NCBI RefSeq assembly: GCF_006345805.1
Contig: NC_043001.1
Location: forward strand, 52,080,001-52,144,000
Length of the DNA stretch: 64,000 nt
Reading direction: 5' to 3'
Source: Octopus sinensis
Lineage: Eukaryota
A model generated the notes under the pieces. The model saw only the letters and a list, made by a program, of their open reading frames with translations, was not told the origin of the DNA and did no database searches. The stretch's first letter is position 1. The number at the start of each line of letters is the position of its first letter. The translations under genes were made by a program, and so were the position numbers. Positions 13,080 to 26,897 of this stretch are shown piece after piece.

Positions 13080-13740
13080 CACATTGAATTTCTTTATTTG
13101 GCACTACGGCCACAACATACAGGGGGCAGCACTTGGACAAACAGAACATCACAGTGGGGGCAAAAACGCAACACGAATGAAAAAGGAAAGTTATATATAT
13201 AAAATAATAAAAATAAATGATGAAATAGATTTTATTCGAGGCACAAGGCCCAAACACAGAGGGTACATACATAGGCATGCGGGGACAAAAAAACATGAAA
13301 AGATGAATGGGATGAAGTATTTCATAATGAAGACGATGTTGATAAAGGACATCCCGGTCCCGCACCGATGTGACCACAAGGTTTTCCATTTCTTAAAACT
13401 TTAAAGTTAAAAAAAAGTTTACAAATGTTGGCACTTTTTAAAAGATTTACCAAAGTCTATACGCAGTCTTTAAATTAAATGTCACTCACCATTTTATCAT
13501 ATTTTACCTCCTTGTACTCCATCATTGATGCGCGAAGTTTAATTCCCACCTCCGGTCCCAGTGGATTGATATCCGACCCCTTTAATGCAGTATACTTCAC
13601 TTCGTCTCTGACGTACTCCTCTTCAAGATTTATTTTTACAATTCCCTTCAGTTTTGCAATTCTTCTCTCTATTTTTAATGCTGTCTTGCACATCACTTGG
13701 AAAATTTTATTTCCGTTTCTGTCCTGTGTGTTTGTGCTAA
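13080..13740 (-). mobile_element. Tx1/L1-like LINE 3' end(s); two tandem 3' tails
   Basis: Decayed C-terminus RLRIDF..FKKWKTLWSHR; tails ..ccctctgtgtttgggccttgtgcctcgaataaa (~13225) and ..ccccctgtatgttgtggcc..aataaagaaat (~13090). Confidence 0.55.
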
Positions 13741-13779
13741 GTGTCTTTTGTTGTATTTTTTAATGTTTTTGTGATTCTA

Positions 13780-14130
13780 TAAGTCCTTGACATCTTCCAA
13801 AAATGTCCTGTCTCATCACAGTTGAAGACTTGCTGGGTGATGTATCCTTCGACTGCTATAAGTCCGGCAAAGGTTTTGTGGTAATCCCCAGCTGCTTTCA
13901 TATTTGCGCTTGCTGCCTCACCATGCAAGGAGTGAATGCTGGTCCTCTTTTTAAAATTCTTCAACCAGCCCCGACTGGCTTTAAACGGTTCGTCCGATGT
14001 CTCGTCCGTACAAGTGCTTGAGGTCTGTAGCAGCAAATCAGCATAAGTAGCTCGTGCCTTCTCGCAGATTATAACGCCTATCACGGTATTTCCTGTGAGC
14101 TGTTGTATGCTATCCCACCAATATTTATTT
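13780..14130 (-). mobile_element. Tigger/pogo (TIGD-like) transposase fragment
   Basis: IICEKA..FKASRGWLKNFKKR..HGEAASA..QQVFNCDETG (CENP-B HTH + DDE_1 start). Confidence 0.9.
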
Positions 14131-14679
14131 TCATATTAAATTCCGATATAATCGTAATCTGCACACATTGAAAGTGTTCTTTAGAAATACCCATTATTCC
14201 GAATGTTATGAGGACATAAATCCGATTCATGTGAATTTTCTGAAACGCCTCTTTACACTCCCCTCGAGAAAAAGGTTTTTCACAACAAATTCAGACATAA
14301 TGGGAACTACACCATCTGAAGCGTATTTGTTGAAAATTTCATTAAAAATATCTATTATCTGGAAGGTATGAGAAAACAGTGTCGTTGGATCGTATTTGTG
14401 TATTTATGCACATTACCATCTCATAATCCTAAGTTTAAATTGCTGTTATATATCTACATTGCTTGCTTCACCTCTCTTTCATTTTGTATTTATCAATATA
14501 TAATTATATAACGCATGTTATATACGAACAAAAAATATGTTCATTTCTTTCAGTTTGCATCAGATGGGTGACAATAATGTGCAATAATGGGCTCAGTTTT
14601 TCAGTATACATAAACGTAGATAGGATAAGGGTATTTGCGATTAAATTTGTGTTTACTAACTCTATTAAAAACCTATCAT

Positions 14680-15070
14680 AGTAGATATATATATATACAC
14701 ACACATATGTATACACACACACGTATATACACACACGCATATATACACACACACACTCACATAAATATATATATACACACACATATATATATATACACAC
14801 ACATATATATATATACACGCACACACATATATATATATATAGACACACATATATATATATACACACACACATATATACACATACACACATATATATATAT
14901 ACACACATATATACACACATACACAATCATACATATACATTCACACATATACACATACCCGGACACACATATATATACACACAGACATACGCACATGTAC
15001 TCACATATACACGCACACATATATACACACACATATATACACACACATACATACACACACACTCACACAT
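14680..15070. repeat. TA/CA compound microsatellite
   Basis: Direct reading; source of the spurious Y/I/H/T ORFs. Confidence 0.95.
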
Positions 15071-15299
15071 AACAATTAAATCGGTGACATAAAAAGTCAC
15101 TGTTTGTAACTTTGTAACTATCGACATAAAGTCATGTATAAAGTAAGATGAGGCGAGAGACCTCGATGAGTCATAAAACCACATAAATATTAATATAATC
15201 TTTTTATACGTTTACTTCATTACTTAGTTCAGTCATTGATAATGAAGTATGCCTTTAAATGGCCTTGAAGGTTTTAATGGAATAAATAGAGCCTGGTGC

Positions 15300-15560
15300 T
15301 TATTCATTCACTTTCATTTTACCGAACCGCTAAGTTGTCATTCGAAGGAGAGTAAACAGAAGCACTAATGCTCTCTCTCACACACAGATACAGATATACG
15401 ATGGGAATCCGTATAATTTCTGTCTACCAAATTCATTCATAAAGCATTCGTCCACCCGGTGTTATAGCAGAAAATATGTGATCCAAGTCTCGTGCATTGT
15501 GGATAAATCTTAAACAACGTATTTACGAAGCAAATTCTTATCCACTCAGCCATGCATATG
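15300..15560 (-). mobile_element. SINE family A, degenerate
   Basis: ccgaaccgctaagtt body plus tacgatggg..ctaccaaattca head. Confidence 0.65.
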
Positions 15561-16099
15561 GAAGACAATAAAAAGGAATGGATGTTGTAAAATATTACTT
15601 GAGCTCACTTATGGCCAAAGCTATTCCAGAAGTGACCACACCTTAGGTATCCTTCCAATTCTAACATCACTCACTATTTTCAAAACGGCAAGTAACTACG
15701 TACAATCTCTCTCGTTGGCTTCTATATCTGTTTGTTTATTATTGGTAAAGTTTCTTTTATATAAGTTTGGCAACAGTTTTATTTTGAATGTTAAAACAAA
15801 CTACAGTGTTATTTTAAATTACTTGCCAAAAATAATCCTACATAAAATATCAACAACTAAGACAACAATAAACTTAAATACGCAATAAACACTACTTGAG
15901 TAAAAGAAAAACAAAATCCTTAAAAAAAAAAAGAAACAACAAACAACAGAATCAAAGAAACTTCACTACGTAAAAAATATAAAAGAAAGAATGTATTTCA
16001 TCGAAAATATACTGCCGCAGGATTAACTCAACCGTAACGAATGCACCGAGCTAAGAAATTGAAATTTTTCATGGTAATAAATGTTGGTATGTATATCTT

Positions 16100-16260
16100 T
16101 TATCATGTTTTGTTACTTGTTTCAGTCATCGGAATACGGCCATGCTGGGGCACTATCTCGAAGAAATTTAGTCGGATAAATCGACCCCAGTATTTAGTTT
16201 TTCTTTAAAGCCCAGTAATCTTTAACTGAACATATAAGTTATAAGGAGGTAAAAAATCCA
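16100..16260 (-). mobile_element. SINE family A 3' tail
   Basis: ttacttgtttcagtca..ggccatgctggggcac..aaatcgaccccag. Confidence 0.7.
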
Positions 16261-16321
16261 AACATACATACACACATACATATCTTATGTGTACCTATGT
16301 ACGTATGTATGCGTGTATATA

Positions 16322-16382
<61 letters not shown>

Positions 16383-16409
16383 CTGTCTGTATATATATAA
16401 GTATATATA

Positions 16410-16965
16410 TACGTAAATAATGAAAAAAGTGTAAAACAGGACAAGTTAACATAGAAGGACCCTTCATAAATTGTTGGCTGTCTATCTACTCCTCATTCCG
16501 GGCATTCAAGCGAGAATATGCATCTTCAAACACAGTAGCTCCCATAAATTCTTAAATAAAATTTAGGATTTATGGAGGGTCAAAGTTGGGAACAAAAAAA
16601 TAACATTAGTGACATACAAGGAAACCGAACGAAAACAGACAAGGAGGTTTGTTAGACCGGGACGAAAGGAGAATAGTGAACGCTGGGAGAAACATTTTTT
16701 AAAAAGAGAAATGATAGAAGAGAGAGAGAGAAAAATGTCCAGTCGTGTAGACGTCTGAGCAGGAAAAGAAAGATGGTCATGCGAAGAAAAGAAGGATGGG
16801 CGATGGTCACGCGTGAGCAACGAGAAAGAAAGGGAAAAAGAGGAGAGAGAGACAGAAAGAAAACGGTGAGGGAGGGAAGTGGAGAAAGGGATTTAGAAAT
16901 GGATGGAGGAAGAAGGAAGCAAAGACGAGAGGATATGCCGATATGCCGATATACTCCCAACGCTA
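16410..16965 (-). mobile_element. Probable Penelope-like element 3' end / terminal repeat
   Basis: IALGVYRHIGISSRLCF resembles a GIY-YIG C-terminus, followed by a pyrimidine-rich UTR; gtctacac and gacg..caggaaa motifs resemble the 38000 and 56030 repeats. Confidence 0.4.
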
Positions 16966-17054
16966 TAAGGAACGATGAAATGCAATTCAACATTTTCCTT
17001 GGCATGCAAACGATTCTGCTAGTCACCGTCTTGAGTTCTCTGTATAATATCAGT

Positions 17055-17435
17055 TGCACATTTGGGCACGACGCCTGAAATTTGAGGAGAGGGAGAAGTC
17101 CATTCCACCGATCTGAGTGCACAACTGGTACTTATTTCATCGACCTCGAAAGGATGAAAAATAAACTCGACCTTGATGGAATTTGAACTGATAACGTAAA
17201 GAGGATGAGATGTCGCTAAGTAATTTACTTGGCGTGCTAACGATTCTCCTAGATCGCCGCCTTTATTTATCTATATATTCGTTTCAAATTTTGGCACAAG
17301 GCCAGTAATTTAGCGGGAGGGGCTTAAGTAAGTTACATCAGTTGGTACTTATTGTATCGACCCCGAAAAGATGAAAGACAAAGTCAACCATGGCGGAATT
17401 TGAACTCAGAAAGTAAGGACGGACGAAACGCCGAA
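17055..17435 (-). mobile_element. Two tandem SINE family B copies
   Basis: Two successive aatttgaact..cgtaaag / gaactcagaaagtaa units. Confidence 0.8.
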
Positions 17436-18749
17436 TATATCTACCAACTGAAATGATGTCTGTCGAGGGAATGAAGAAGAGACTATTGAAAACAAGTAAA
17501 TGAGTTATAAAAATCGAGCATTTATCTCGCTAGTTCAGTTTTACATCGCTGCGATCTTGTGTATTCATATACCCTAAGTGTGGGTGTGGTCTTCCCTCTG
17601 TATTTGCTGAGAGGTTTGTCATTTGTTGCTACTTTTGCGTTTATGATGATATTTGTGTCTGTTATTTTTTTGTCTTGGCGATATAACAATATTACAAGAA
17701 CTACAAACCGACAAAGCTGATCGGCAGAGCGAAGTTGCAGAGCCGTTAGAGCGTCGTATTGAATGTTTTGCATTATTTCTTCTGGCGTTCGGCAATCTAA
17801 GTTCAAATGTTGCCAGCGTTAACTTTGCCTAGCATCATTTCAAGATCGATAAAGCTATACCAATCCATGAAGCTAAATCGTTGCAACAGCAACAAGGTGA
17901 ATCGGATGCCCTATGGCATTTTTCCAGTTCGTTCCTTTCTAATTTCAAATTACTCTGTGGTCTACGTCGGTGGTAAACTTAATCCGTTACCCGTTTTCCC
18001 ACAGCCTAAAATTACATTAAATTATCCATAAAGGGGTGTGAGATAAATATATTTCTTCTTATGCTGATACTGATATTGAAAATGAAAATAATATTTTATA
18101 ATTAATTATTAAAGCCTGTCCGGCTTTAGTGAAAGTCCGTGTTAGTGCTACAGCAAGCAGAAGCAAATTGTAGCCCTAGCTTAAATCTATTATGGGTACA
18201 CTAGGTAATACAGAATTATCTGTAGATTTAGTCAAGCTTTGTTATAAATACACTGTGTAAGAAGGAAGGCAACGATTTGTACATTGAAATATTGAAAAAA
18301 GTGTAGGATGGTATTTTTCACAAATATAAATGAATAAAATTAAAATTAAATGCAAGTGTCGTAACTGATTGCCAAACTAGTTTTAGAAATTGATATCTAG
18401 CTATCAAACTCCACCTAAGTATGTCATGGTACCTCGACCAAAAATTGTAATGCGTAACAATAACCTAAAGCCTTAATAACTAAGGGAGGTAACAATATAT
18501 AGTTCAAATATACTTTAAGAGGAGCGAAGCAAATACATTTTTTATATAACTTTTGGCCCGTCAACAATATAAATACGAGTGTTTTTATGCTCCATAATTC
18601 AATATAAAAGGTCCTCTCAAAGTAAATAATGCAGCATTCTGCGTTGTGACTCAACATAGAAGTTAAGATGGAGATAAAGATAACCTTTTGGCATTAATAC
18701 TGCTTCTGTTGCTGTTAATTATGTTTAATAGGCACACTTGATATTTGCG

Positions 18750-19000
18750 GATGCGCGTGGATTAGTGGTTAGGGTGTCAGCACCTTTATTGTAAGATTGT
18801 GGTTTCGATTGCTGGACCGGGCGACGCGTTGTGTTCTTTTGCAAAACACTTAATTTCACTTTGTTCCAGTTCACTCAGCTAGCAAAAATGAGTAACGCTG
18901 CGATGGACTGGTGTTCCATCCAGCTGGGGAACACATACACCATAGAAACCGGGACCATGAGCCTGGTTAGGCTTTAAAAGGGCACATTTATTATTTATTA
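18750..19000 (+). mobile_element. SINE family C (tRNA head + Meta/V-like central domain)
   Basis: gtggattagtggttagggtgtc..gtttcgattgc head; gcgatggactggtgttccatccag..agaaaccggga resembles the MetaSINE core as I recall it. Confidence 0.6.
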
Positions 19001-19249
19001 CACATGATATTGGCGAAAAAATTGCCTGAATAGACACGGATATTCTATATATCGTTGTTAAGTTATAATTTTGGCAAACTGGCATAGTGGTAAAAGTTCA
19101 AAATTCAACTGCCGAGTTGCGTACATTAGTCTGAATATTTGCTGAGTGGAGTTAACGAACCATCATTCGCATTCTATGTGACATGCTTATTTGGTCAATG
19201 TTAATTTCATCACAGCAACAGAATGTTATGACATAAATTAAGATTTCAG

Positions 19250-22000
19250 ATGAGCTCCGAGATTTGCTTTATCAAATATATTAATTATTTAAGTGTTTAA
19301 ATTTGATGTTCGTCATATTTTGACTATCGGGTTTGATACAATAGTAAAAATAATTCGGGAATTTGCTAATAGTTTTTGTCTCAGTTTCGATTCTTTTATT
19401 TTTTCATTTTTTTTTGTTATGGTTTCCAAAAAATCATTCTCAATTGTGTATCGCATGTTAAAGTGGTGACTTTTTATGAATTATATTTAAAGTCCTTAAG
19501 GCGGCGAGCTGGCAGAACCGTTAGCACGCCGGGCGAAATGTGTAGCCGTATTTCGTCTGCCGTTACGTTCAGAGTTCAAATTCCGCCGAGGTCGACTTTG
19601 CCTTTCATCCTTTCGAGGTAGATAAATTAAGTACCAGTTACGCACTGGGGTCGATTAATCGACTTAATTCGTTTGTCTGTCCTTGTTTGTCCCCTCCATG
19701 TTTAGCCCCTTGTGGGTAATAAAGAAACATATATTTAAAGTCCTCAATATTTATAGTGTGGTATGTTGAAGTGCAAGGTAAGATTATATCTAAAAATAGT
19801 AATTTATACTTGCTGTACACCACAGTAAACTGGTTGCTATTACTAATTTGTTAGAGTTCATCCAAATCTTGTTTCCATGATAAATAACAATTATCGAATT
19901 TCCTATCCATTAAGTGTAAAATGGAACTCCTATTTTTACTTAGATTTCTCTTACATTTAATCTTTAGATAACTCATAGCTAAATTTACACACGTTAGGAT
20001 TTTATTTGATTCCTACTGCTGTTCCAAATATCTGATTGCATATTGCGTTGTCGAAGTTAAAATGTTTTGTTGAAAAACTTGAAATCTCTCAATAATAAAT
20101 TTCCTTTTTTTTGCAGTCTGATAATTCATGAGGATATTCATGAAACCAAAAGTGTGTTGCTTCTATTCTACATTCATGCACAGTATATTTGAATATATGT
20201 TAAACACATCAAACAAAATTATAAACATTTCTTCATTCACTAAACATGGAAGGTGACTTAATCTATAAAAGTTGCCTTTTATATAGGTCTGCATATGCTG
20301 AAAATATTTCATTAATATGTATAAAAATTACTCAATTGAAGAAGTTTCTAAGATGAACCTGTTAATGTTCTTCATTTGAAATCATTTCGGCGAAGAACAT
20401 TTAAACAAATAGATGGCGATTCTTACTTTTGTGAACTTTTGGTAATCTATATTCTTTTTTGTGTTTAAAATTGGTTATATAGTCGCATTTCTATTTGTTA
20501 GACTTTTACATTTTAAATTGACAGGAACATGAAATATTCGTTTTATTTTCTGTTGCTTATCATTGCTGATATATTCATAAAAACTGGTGTCTTAAAAAAT
20601 GGATAACGCAAAGATTTTATCATAGTTTATATCCATTACAATTACTGTATTCTCCATATCGGATTCCTATATATTAAATCGGTTTTCAATGCATTTTCTC
20701 CATTCTGTTGCACTGATGTTAGAATATATCCTATTTATTTTGTAGAAAATCGTAGATTAAATATGTTTATAGAATAAGATAAAAGTTATAAAATTCTTTA
20801 TTCTAGTCTTTCCGTGGATAATATGTTTTCTATTCCTGATATAGATTCACCATCGCTATTTTTATCGAACAATATTGTAGGTTTAATTTTCGGGAAAAGT
20901 CTGAAATATCATGTTTGATTTTATTGTAGTTTGAGTTTCATGATGTAGTTAATAATTTAAGTCCCATTGTACGTGTGTTCATTTGTTATGTTAATGGTTT
21001 TTGAGTAAATTTATTAGTTTTGGTTGCTCATGTTTTAACTGTTCCGTCTGACCTTCCTTCTTTCAGTTGGCTCTAAAAGATGTAGCACTTTTGATTTGTC
21101 ACATTTTTCTATACTCATTGTGATCATCATAATAGTTTCTAAAGTTGTTTCTTCTGTAATTATTTTCGAAATTCATTCTCGTGTATTTAGTTCTAAACAT
21201 GTTTCTCTTCTAATCATTCTTCCCTCGTTGCAAAACTGATTATTCCTTGATTCAGATTCTTGTCTTCTTGATAATAGTTTCTTTTATTTCTTGAATTAGT
21301 CGTAAATCTGTACCGGGGTCGATTTCTCAAACTTAAAAACATTTTTATTACTTTAGAAAATTCTACCACCAACCTGTCGTAAATTTCTAATATTTGTCTT
21401 ATTTTGTGTTTGTTTTACAACTTCGGCATAAAACATTTTAGTTTTCTTCATGAATGAATTCTCCAAAGAATACTCGTTTCGAAATTCTTCTTCGTAGCTG
21501 CTAAACCAATTATCACTTCTCTCCAATCAATGGAGTGAAATAATTTCCTCGCCTTCACATTCTTCCTTCAATGGTTTACAGATAGTTTAAAAAAGCGTTC
21601 CTTCTGCTTTCTTGGAGAATTCAATAAACATTTCCTCAACTATTGTCTTATATTTCTCTTCAGTTCTGAATGCTCTTAGTAGTTCTAATCCATTCTGAAT
21701 TTTTCTAAAGATATTCTTTCTGGAAGTCATTTTTGCTACTCTCGTTCATATTCTGTTGGTTTTATTTGTAAATTTCTTGAAAAAGATAATCGGTGTGTTT
21801 CTAATTCATCTATCATATCTGTCAATATTATTACTGTTTTGGATCTTATCTCAATGAGTATATGTACATAAATAAAGTATTTTTGAAAAGTGTCCAACTT
21901 TGCTTTTAATAAAAATTGTGGATCGAGGAATACATTCTTGAATTATGTCACCTAGTTGCGATTTTTGCTCAACTCCTCCTTTCATATATAGTTTCTACAG
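19250..22000 (-). mobile_element. Penelope-like retroelement (Neptune/Poseidon-type RT), heavily degraded, interrupted by a SINE
   Basis: YRLPKVHK, LFDVFNIYSNI, FNFDNAICNQIFGTAVG, VNLAMSYL, RKFDNCYLSW, QFTVVYS..LLFLDI in order, in shifting frames. Confidence 0.75.
19497..19729 (+). mobile_element. Full-length SINE family B (long-tail type) with 15-bp TSD
   Basis: tatatttaaagtcct at 19482-19496 and 19730-19744. Confidence 0.92.
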
Positions 22001-22249
22001 TCTCATATAAGGGCAAGAATGTAGGGACACATGATTGACCTCAGTAGAGTTTATTCTTCATTAATGTCTCTGGAGTACAGTGTAGATTTTCAATATAATA
22101 AGCTAACATTAAGATTTTCGAACTAACAATCTTGAGTTGTAAAAAGAAAACTTCCTATGTAACTTTCTTTTGTTCGCTTTCAGACGCATTATTGTCACTC
22201 ACATGGTAGCTAACAGAGAAAAAGATTTTTAAATACCAATATATTGATA

Positions 22250-22927
22250 AATGATAAAAGGAAATAATTGAATGATTCTTTATGCAAGATAATTAAGCAA
22301 ATTGGAGTATTTGATATAGCAATGGGCTCGCTAGACTCGACTCGAGTAACTGACTTAGTCGGAATGTATCTCTTGCATAAATTTAATCAGAGATTTCTAG
22401 AAATAGGAGGACTCTTCCGTGACGACGCTCTATTTATTATAAGGAATATAAGTAACAGGAAAATGGAAAAATGTAAAAAAAGATTGCTTGCATTTTTAGC
22501 ATCTATGGACTATCTATGCCGACTGGAAAAGAACAGAACCCAGTAAGCTTTCTAGACGTAAACTTTAACCTTAAAACGGGTATTTACCAGCCCTACCAAA
22601 AGCTAAACTCTAAGATTAGTTATTTAAATGTTAATAGTTATCACCCATATAATATTACTGAGAATCGTAGCAACAATACTGAAAAAAGAATTAATTACCC
22701 TTCTTCGAATGAAGAGGTTTTCAAAGATCACAAAGATAATTATAATAGCACTAAAGAAGGCTGGATACAATTATGAGATGAAGTACAATACGAAATGCAC
22801 CGTGATAGCAAATGAAAATACGAATAAAAATAACAATGGTAAAATTTTCGATATAAGTAGGAGAAAAGACATAGAAACTTCAGGTAATGTAGAAATGAAA
22901 ATTTGGAATAATAATGATAATAATAAC

Positions 22928-22968
<41 letters not shown>

Positions 22969-23830
22969 TGTTAAACAAGATAATTGTAAAAATAGAATTA
23001 AACAAATTGATGGGGCTAATGCTATTACAAATAATAATAATATATGTTAAAGAAGATAATTGTAAAAATAGGATTAAACAAATTTATGGAGCGAATGGTA
23101 TTACAAATAAAAATAGGAAAAGTAATAATAATAATAATAATATAGGCGATAGGAAACTGGAAAATAATACTTGGATAAATAATAATTACTAAAACCTTGT
23201 AATAAAGAACAAGAATAGCAAGAATAAGATAAGTAAATAGAAAAATATAAACGAGGAGAGAGTACAAGTAATAATTAAAAATAGTTAGGAAGAAACTTAT
23301 ACCATGTGTGAATAAAAACTATATTGGGACGAAAAATGAATATAGGAATAAGGAGAACTCAGACAAATCTATATGGATTATAATTCCCTTCGCTAAACAA
23401 TTAACGACCAATTTTGTTAAATCTATTAGGCAGATTATATTTGGAAAACAATTTAATAGCAAATACATAAGATTTGGATTCTCTGTTTCTCCAAACCTAG
23501 TTAGCTTAATATCATCGATAAATAACAGAAAAATTGGATAAAATCTATTAAAAAACTAACAGAAATGGAGAGCAAAACTTACACAAAAGTTTAGAAAAGA
23601 GTAAGAATAATATGGTTAACTATAAAAACATCTCGAGAGACATAAGGAAATATGAATCTACAAAAGAGAATGATATTACAAATTCCTTGCAAAATAAAAC
23701 TAATTGTTGAGACCCTGACAGATGTAAGTTACACAAGGATTGCAGAAGAAAAGGCGTCGTATACCAGGCGACAATAATTATACAAGATACGAGTAACTGT
23801 TTCTATATTGGGTCCACAGAGCACTGGGTT
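22250..23830 (+). mobile_element. Penelope-like retroelement (Naiad-like RT + GIY-YIG), degraded
   Basis: FDIAMGSLDSTRVTDLVGMYLL, GLFRDDAL, SFLDVNFNL, IWIIIPF..NLVSLISSIN, NC*DPDRC..CRRKGVVYQA..FYIGSTE; the clade name is recalled, not searched. Confidence 0.8.
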
Positions 23831-23835
23831 AAATT

Positions 23836-23890
23836 CATAACATAACATAACATAACATAACATAACATAACATAACATAACATAACATAA
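23836..23890. repeat. (CATAA)11 pentanucleotide microsatellite
   Basis: Direct reading. Confidence 0.95.
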
Positions 23891-23894
23891 CATA

Positions 23895-24722
23895 TATATA
23901 CGCATCTTCCATCAGCACAAATGGCTCTCCACACCATAACTATTACAGCATTTTTAACACTCGGGGTAATGTAGCGAGGATTATCACTTCGCTTAGGAGG
24001 TCGTCTCACATGTCTGCTAAATGCATAAAATTGTGACACCTGCGTTTCATAACCGAAAACATAACTCATTTCCATTGTTCGACTGACTAATTTTTATATT
24101 TTTGGCAAAAATATTTTTCATGGTTAACCTTGGTTTCCTCGAAAACTTGTAGGACTTCAGGCCAACAACAAATAAACTTTTATGAATTGTTCTTTCACAG
24201 GGAACCTAGTTTTCTTGTGGCAGACTAGCTTGAATAGCTTTGGAAGATTTTCTGGGTGACTATTTGGCGGCTAGAATGATAGCATCATCCATTCGCATGG
24301 TGGAAGTTCCTGGGAGACCCATAGGTTTTCCAACTGTATATTACCCAGTATATTTCGAGTTGTTTATTGACTTTGAAACAGTTCTCTTACACCAATTTGT
24401 CGAGTGCTGTATCCTTCTTGTTAGAGAACTTTTATTTGAGCATGACTTTCCGAAGTAATTCTTCGACCTGGCATTTTTACAATGATACGAGAATGTTCAA
24501 CAAGATCGAGCTGTCATAATATAATTTAATGACAACTTATCAGAGATTCTATCAGTCAATCAGAGCACATCAACTAATCAGGGCTCAGTAATCACGCAGA
24601 AAACACGATATCACCGAGTGATAAGAAAACTGATTTGAACGATCGACTAGTGATTAAAAATAACATTCCTGGAATGAATTCTTGTTTATAAATCAATGAG
24701 TCATCCATTCTCGCCATGGGTG
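23895..24722 (-). mobile_element. Tc1-family transposon, 5' half
   Basis: MPGRRITSESHAQIKVL*QEGYSTRQI, KSYKFSRKPRL, RRPPKRSDNPRYITPSVKNAVIVMVW; terminus TA|CACCCATGGCGAGAATGGATGAC at 24722. Confidence 0.85.
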
Positions 24723-24767
<45 letters not shown>

Positions 24768-24810
24768 TATATATAGATATATATATGTATATAGTATGTA
24801 TGTATATATG

Positions 24811-24860
<50 letters not shown>

Positions 24861-25086
24861 TATGTATATATATGTATATATATATATATTATATATATAT
24901 ATATGTATATATATGTATATTATATATATGTATATATATATGTATATATATATATGTATATATATAATATATACATATATATATAGATATGTATATATAT
25001 ATATACATATATATATACATATATATATATACATACATATATATATATATACATATATATATATACATATATATAAATATATGTAC

Positions 25087-25123
<37 letters not shown>

Positions 25124-25124
25124 C

Positions 25125-25209
<85 letters not shown>

Positions 25210-25248
25210 CATACATATATATATACATATGTATATACATATATATAT
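24723..25248. repeat. Long (TA)-rich compound microsatellite
   Basis: Direct reading. Confidence 0.97.
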
Positions 25249-26441
25249 AAAACTTAGATAAAACTTAGATATGTTTCGACCAGAGATTGGTCCAGGCCAT
25301 GTCTAACTTAATAGCACCACCTGATAGGATTATTCGAATCCTGTTTAAGTCAAGTTTTGTTCAAGTAGTGAGTTCTTGTTGGGTGAGTTGTATCCAGTTT
25401 TTTTCAAGTAGTGAGTTCTTGTTGGGTGAGTTGTATCCAATTATGGGTGGCTTGTCTGGTATTCTTTGAAGGAATCTATCCAGACTCTGTTTGAAGTTGA
25501 TGGGATCCTTTTCCTCTTTGATCTCCCTCGGGACAATGTTAAATAGGGCAGGGCTTGTTGAGGAAAAGAAATTATGTTGCAGTGTACATGTATGTTGTGA
25601 TCTTGAATTTGGCAGGGGACGTATAGCCCGTGGTCCAAGTCTCGGATGAACCTTGAAGCTAATGTTTAGGTCGTTTGGGCAAAGTTGGCGGTATATTTTC
25701 CACATCGTACAAATGATGTACCGCTCACGGCGACGCTGGAGGGAGTAAAGTTTCAAGGCTTTAAGGCGATCCCAATAGTCGAGAGCAGCCATGCCTTCAA
25801 TTTGTTTAGTAAGAGCCCTCTGGGGTGTCTCAATTCTGGAGATGTTTTGTCTTGTGTGAGGAGACCACAGTGGGCAGCAGTATTCAAGGTGTGGCCGTAC
25901 AAAGGATGAAAAAAGTGGTATGATGACACCTTGTTCTCTGGACCGGAAAGTTCTTAAGATCCAGGAACTCATCCTACGAGCTGTATCGACCTTCTTGTTG
26001 ATGTGTGCACTCCAGCTGAGATCATCATCAACAATTACACCCAGATCTCTGATATTGTTAGAGGCTGTGAGCGGTTCCCCTGAAGGAAGAGAGTATGGTT
26101 GTTTTAGTGAGGAATTTCTTCCAAAATGCATCAGCTCAAATTTTCCCTCGTAGAGTTGCATTTTTTTTCTGTCTGCCCATTGACTCACAGCATATAGATC
26201 AGACTGGAGTTGAGTTCGGTCTGCTTCTTCATTGACGATTTGCTGGAGCTTAGTGTCATCAGCGAATATTTTCACTTTGCAGTGATGTACGACACTGGAA
26301 AGGTCGTTTACATAAATTATGAAGAGTAGCGGACCCAAAACAGTTCCCTGGGGAACACCGCTGGTGACTTTTGCTGGGTTTGAGTGGACTCCATCAACTA
26401 CAACATGTTGTGTTCTATTCGCTAGGAAATACTGAATCCAG
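25249..26441 (-). mobile_element. CR1-clade LINE family B, copy 1 (5'-truncated, open RT C-terminal half)
   Basis: GVPQGTVLGPLLF, IFADDTKL, RDLGVIVD, VRPHLEYCCPLWSP, LYSLQRRRER; 3' stem-loop gacca-atctc-tggtc and atctaagttt tail. Confidence 0.95.

Positions 26442-26897
<456 letters not shown>

Noticed and set aside
12799-13404. 201-aa plus-strand ORF and 168-aa minus-strand ORF
   Set aside because: They cross a mosaic of maT and Tx1-tail sequence, so they are chance frames
17522-18031. Protein-like ORFs on both strands; faint TIGD/CENP-B resemblance on plus (AKSL..FSSSFLSNFKLLCGLR)
   Set aside because: The motif is too weak to call and the strand cannot be chosen without BLASTx
23708-23710. 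In-frame TGA in the Naiad-like zinc-finger linker as selenocysteine
   Set aside because: It falls at the Arg position of a CNCR-type motif (CGA to TGA deamination), the element has other stops and frameshifts, and I saw no SECIS
2600-24722. Bacterial IS630/IS1595 elements or contamination
   Set aside because: The motifs fit eukaryotic Tc1, maT and Merlin families, embedded among SINEs and microsatellites
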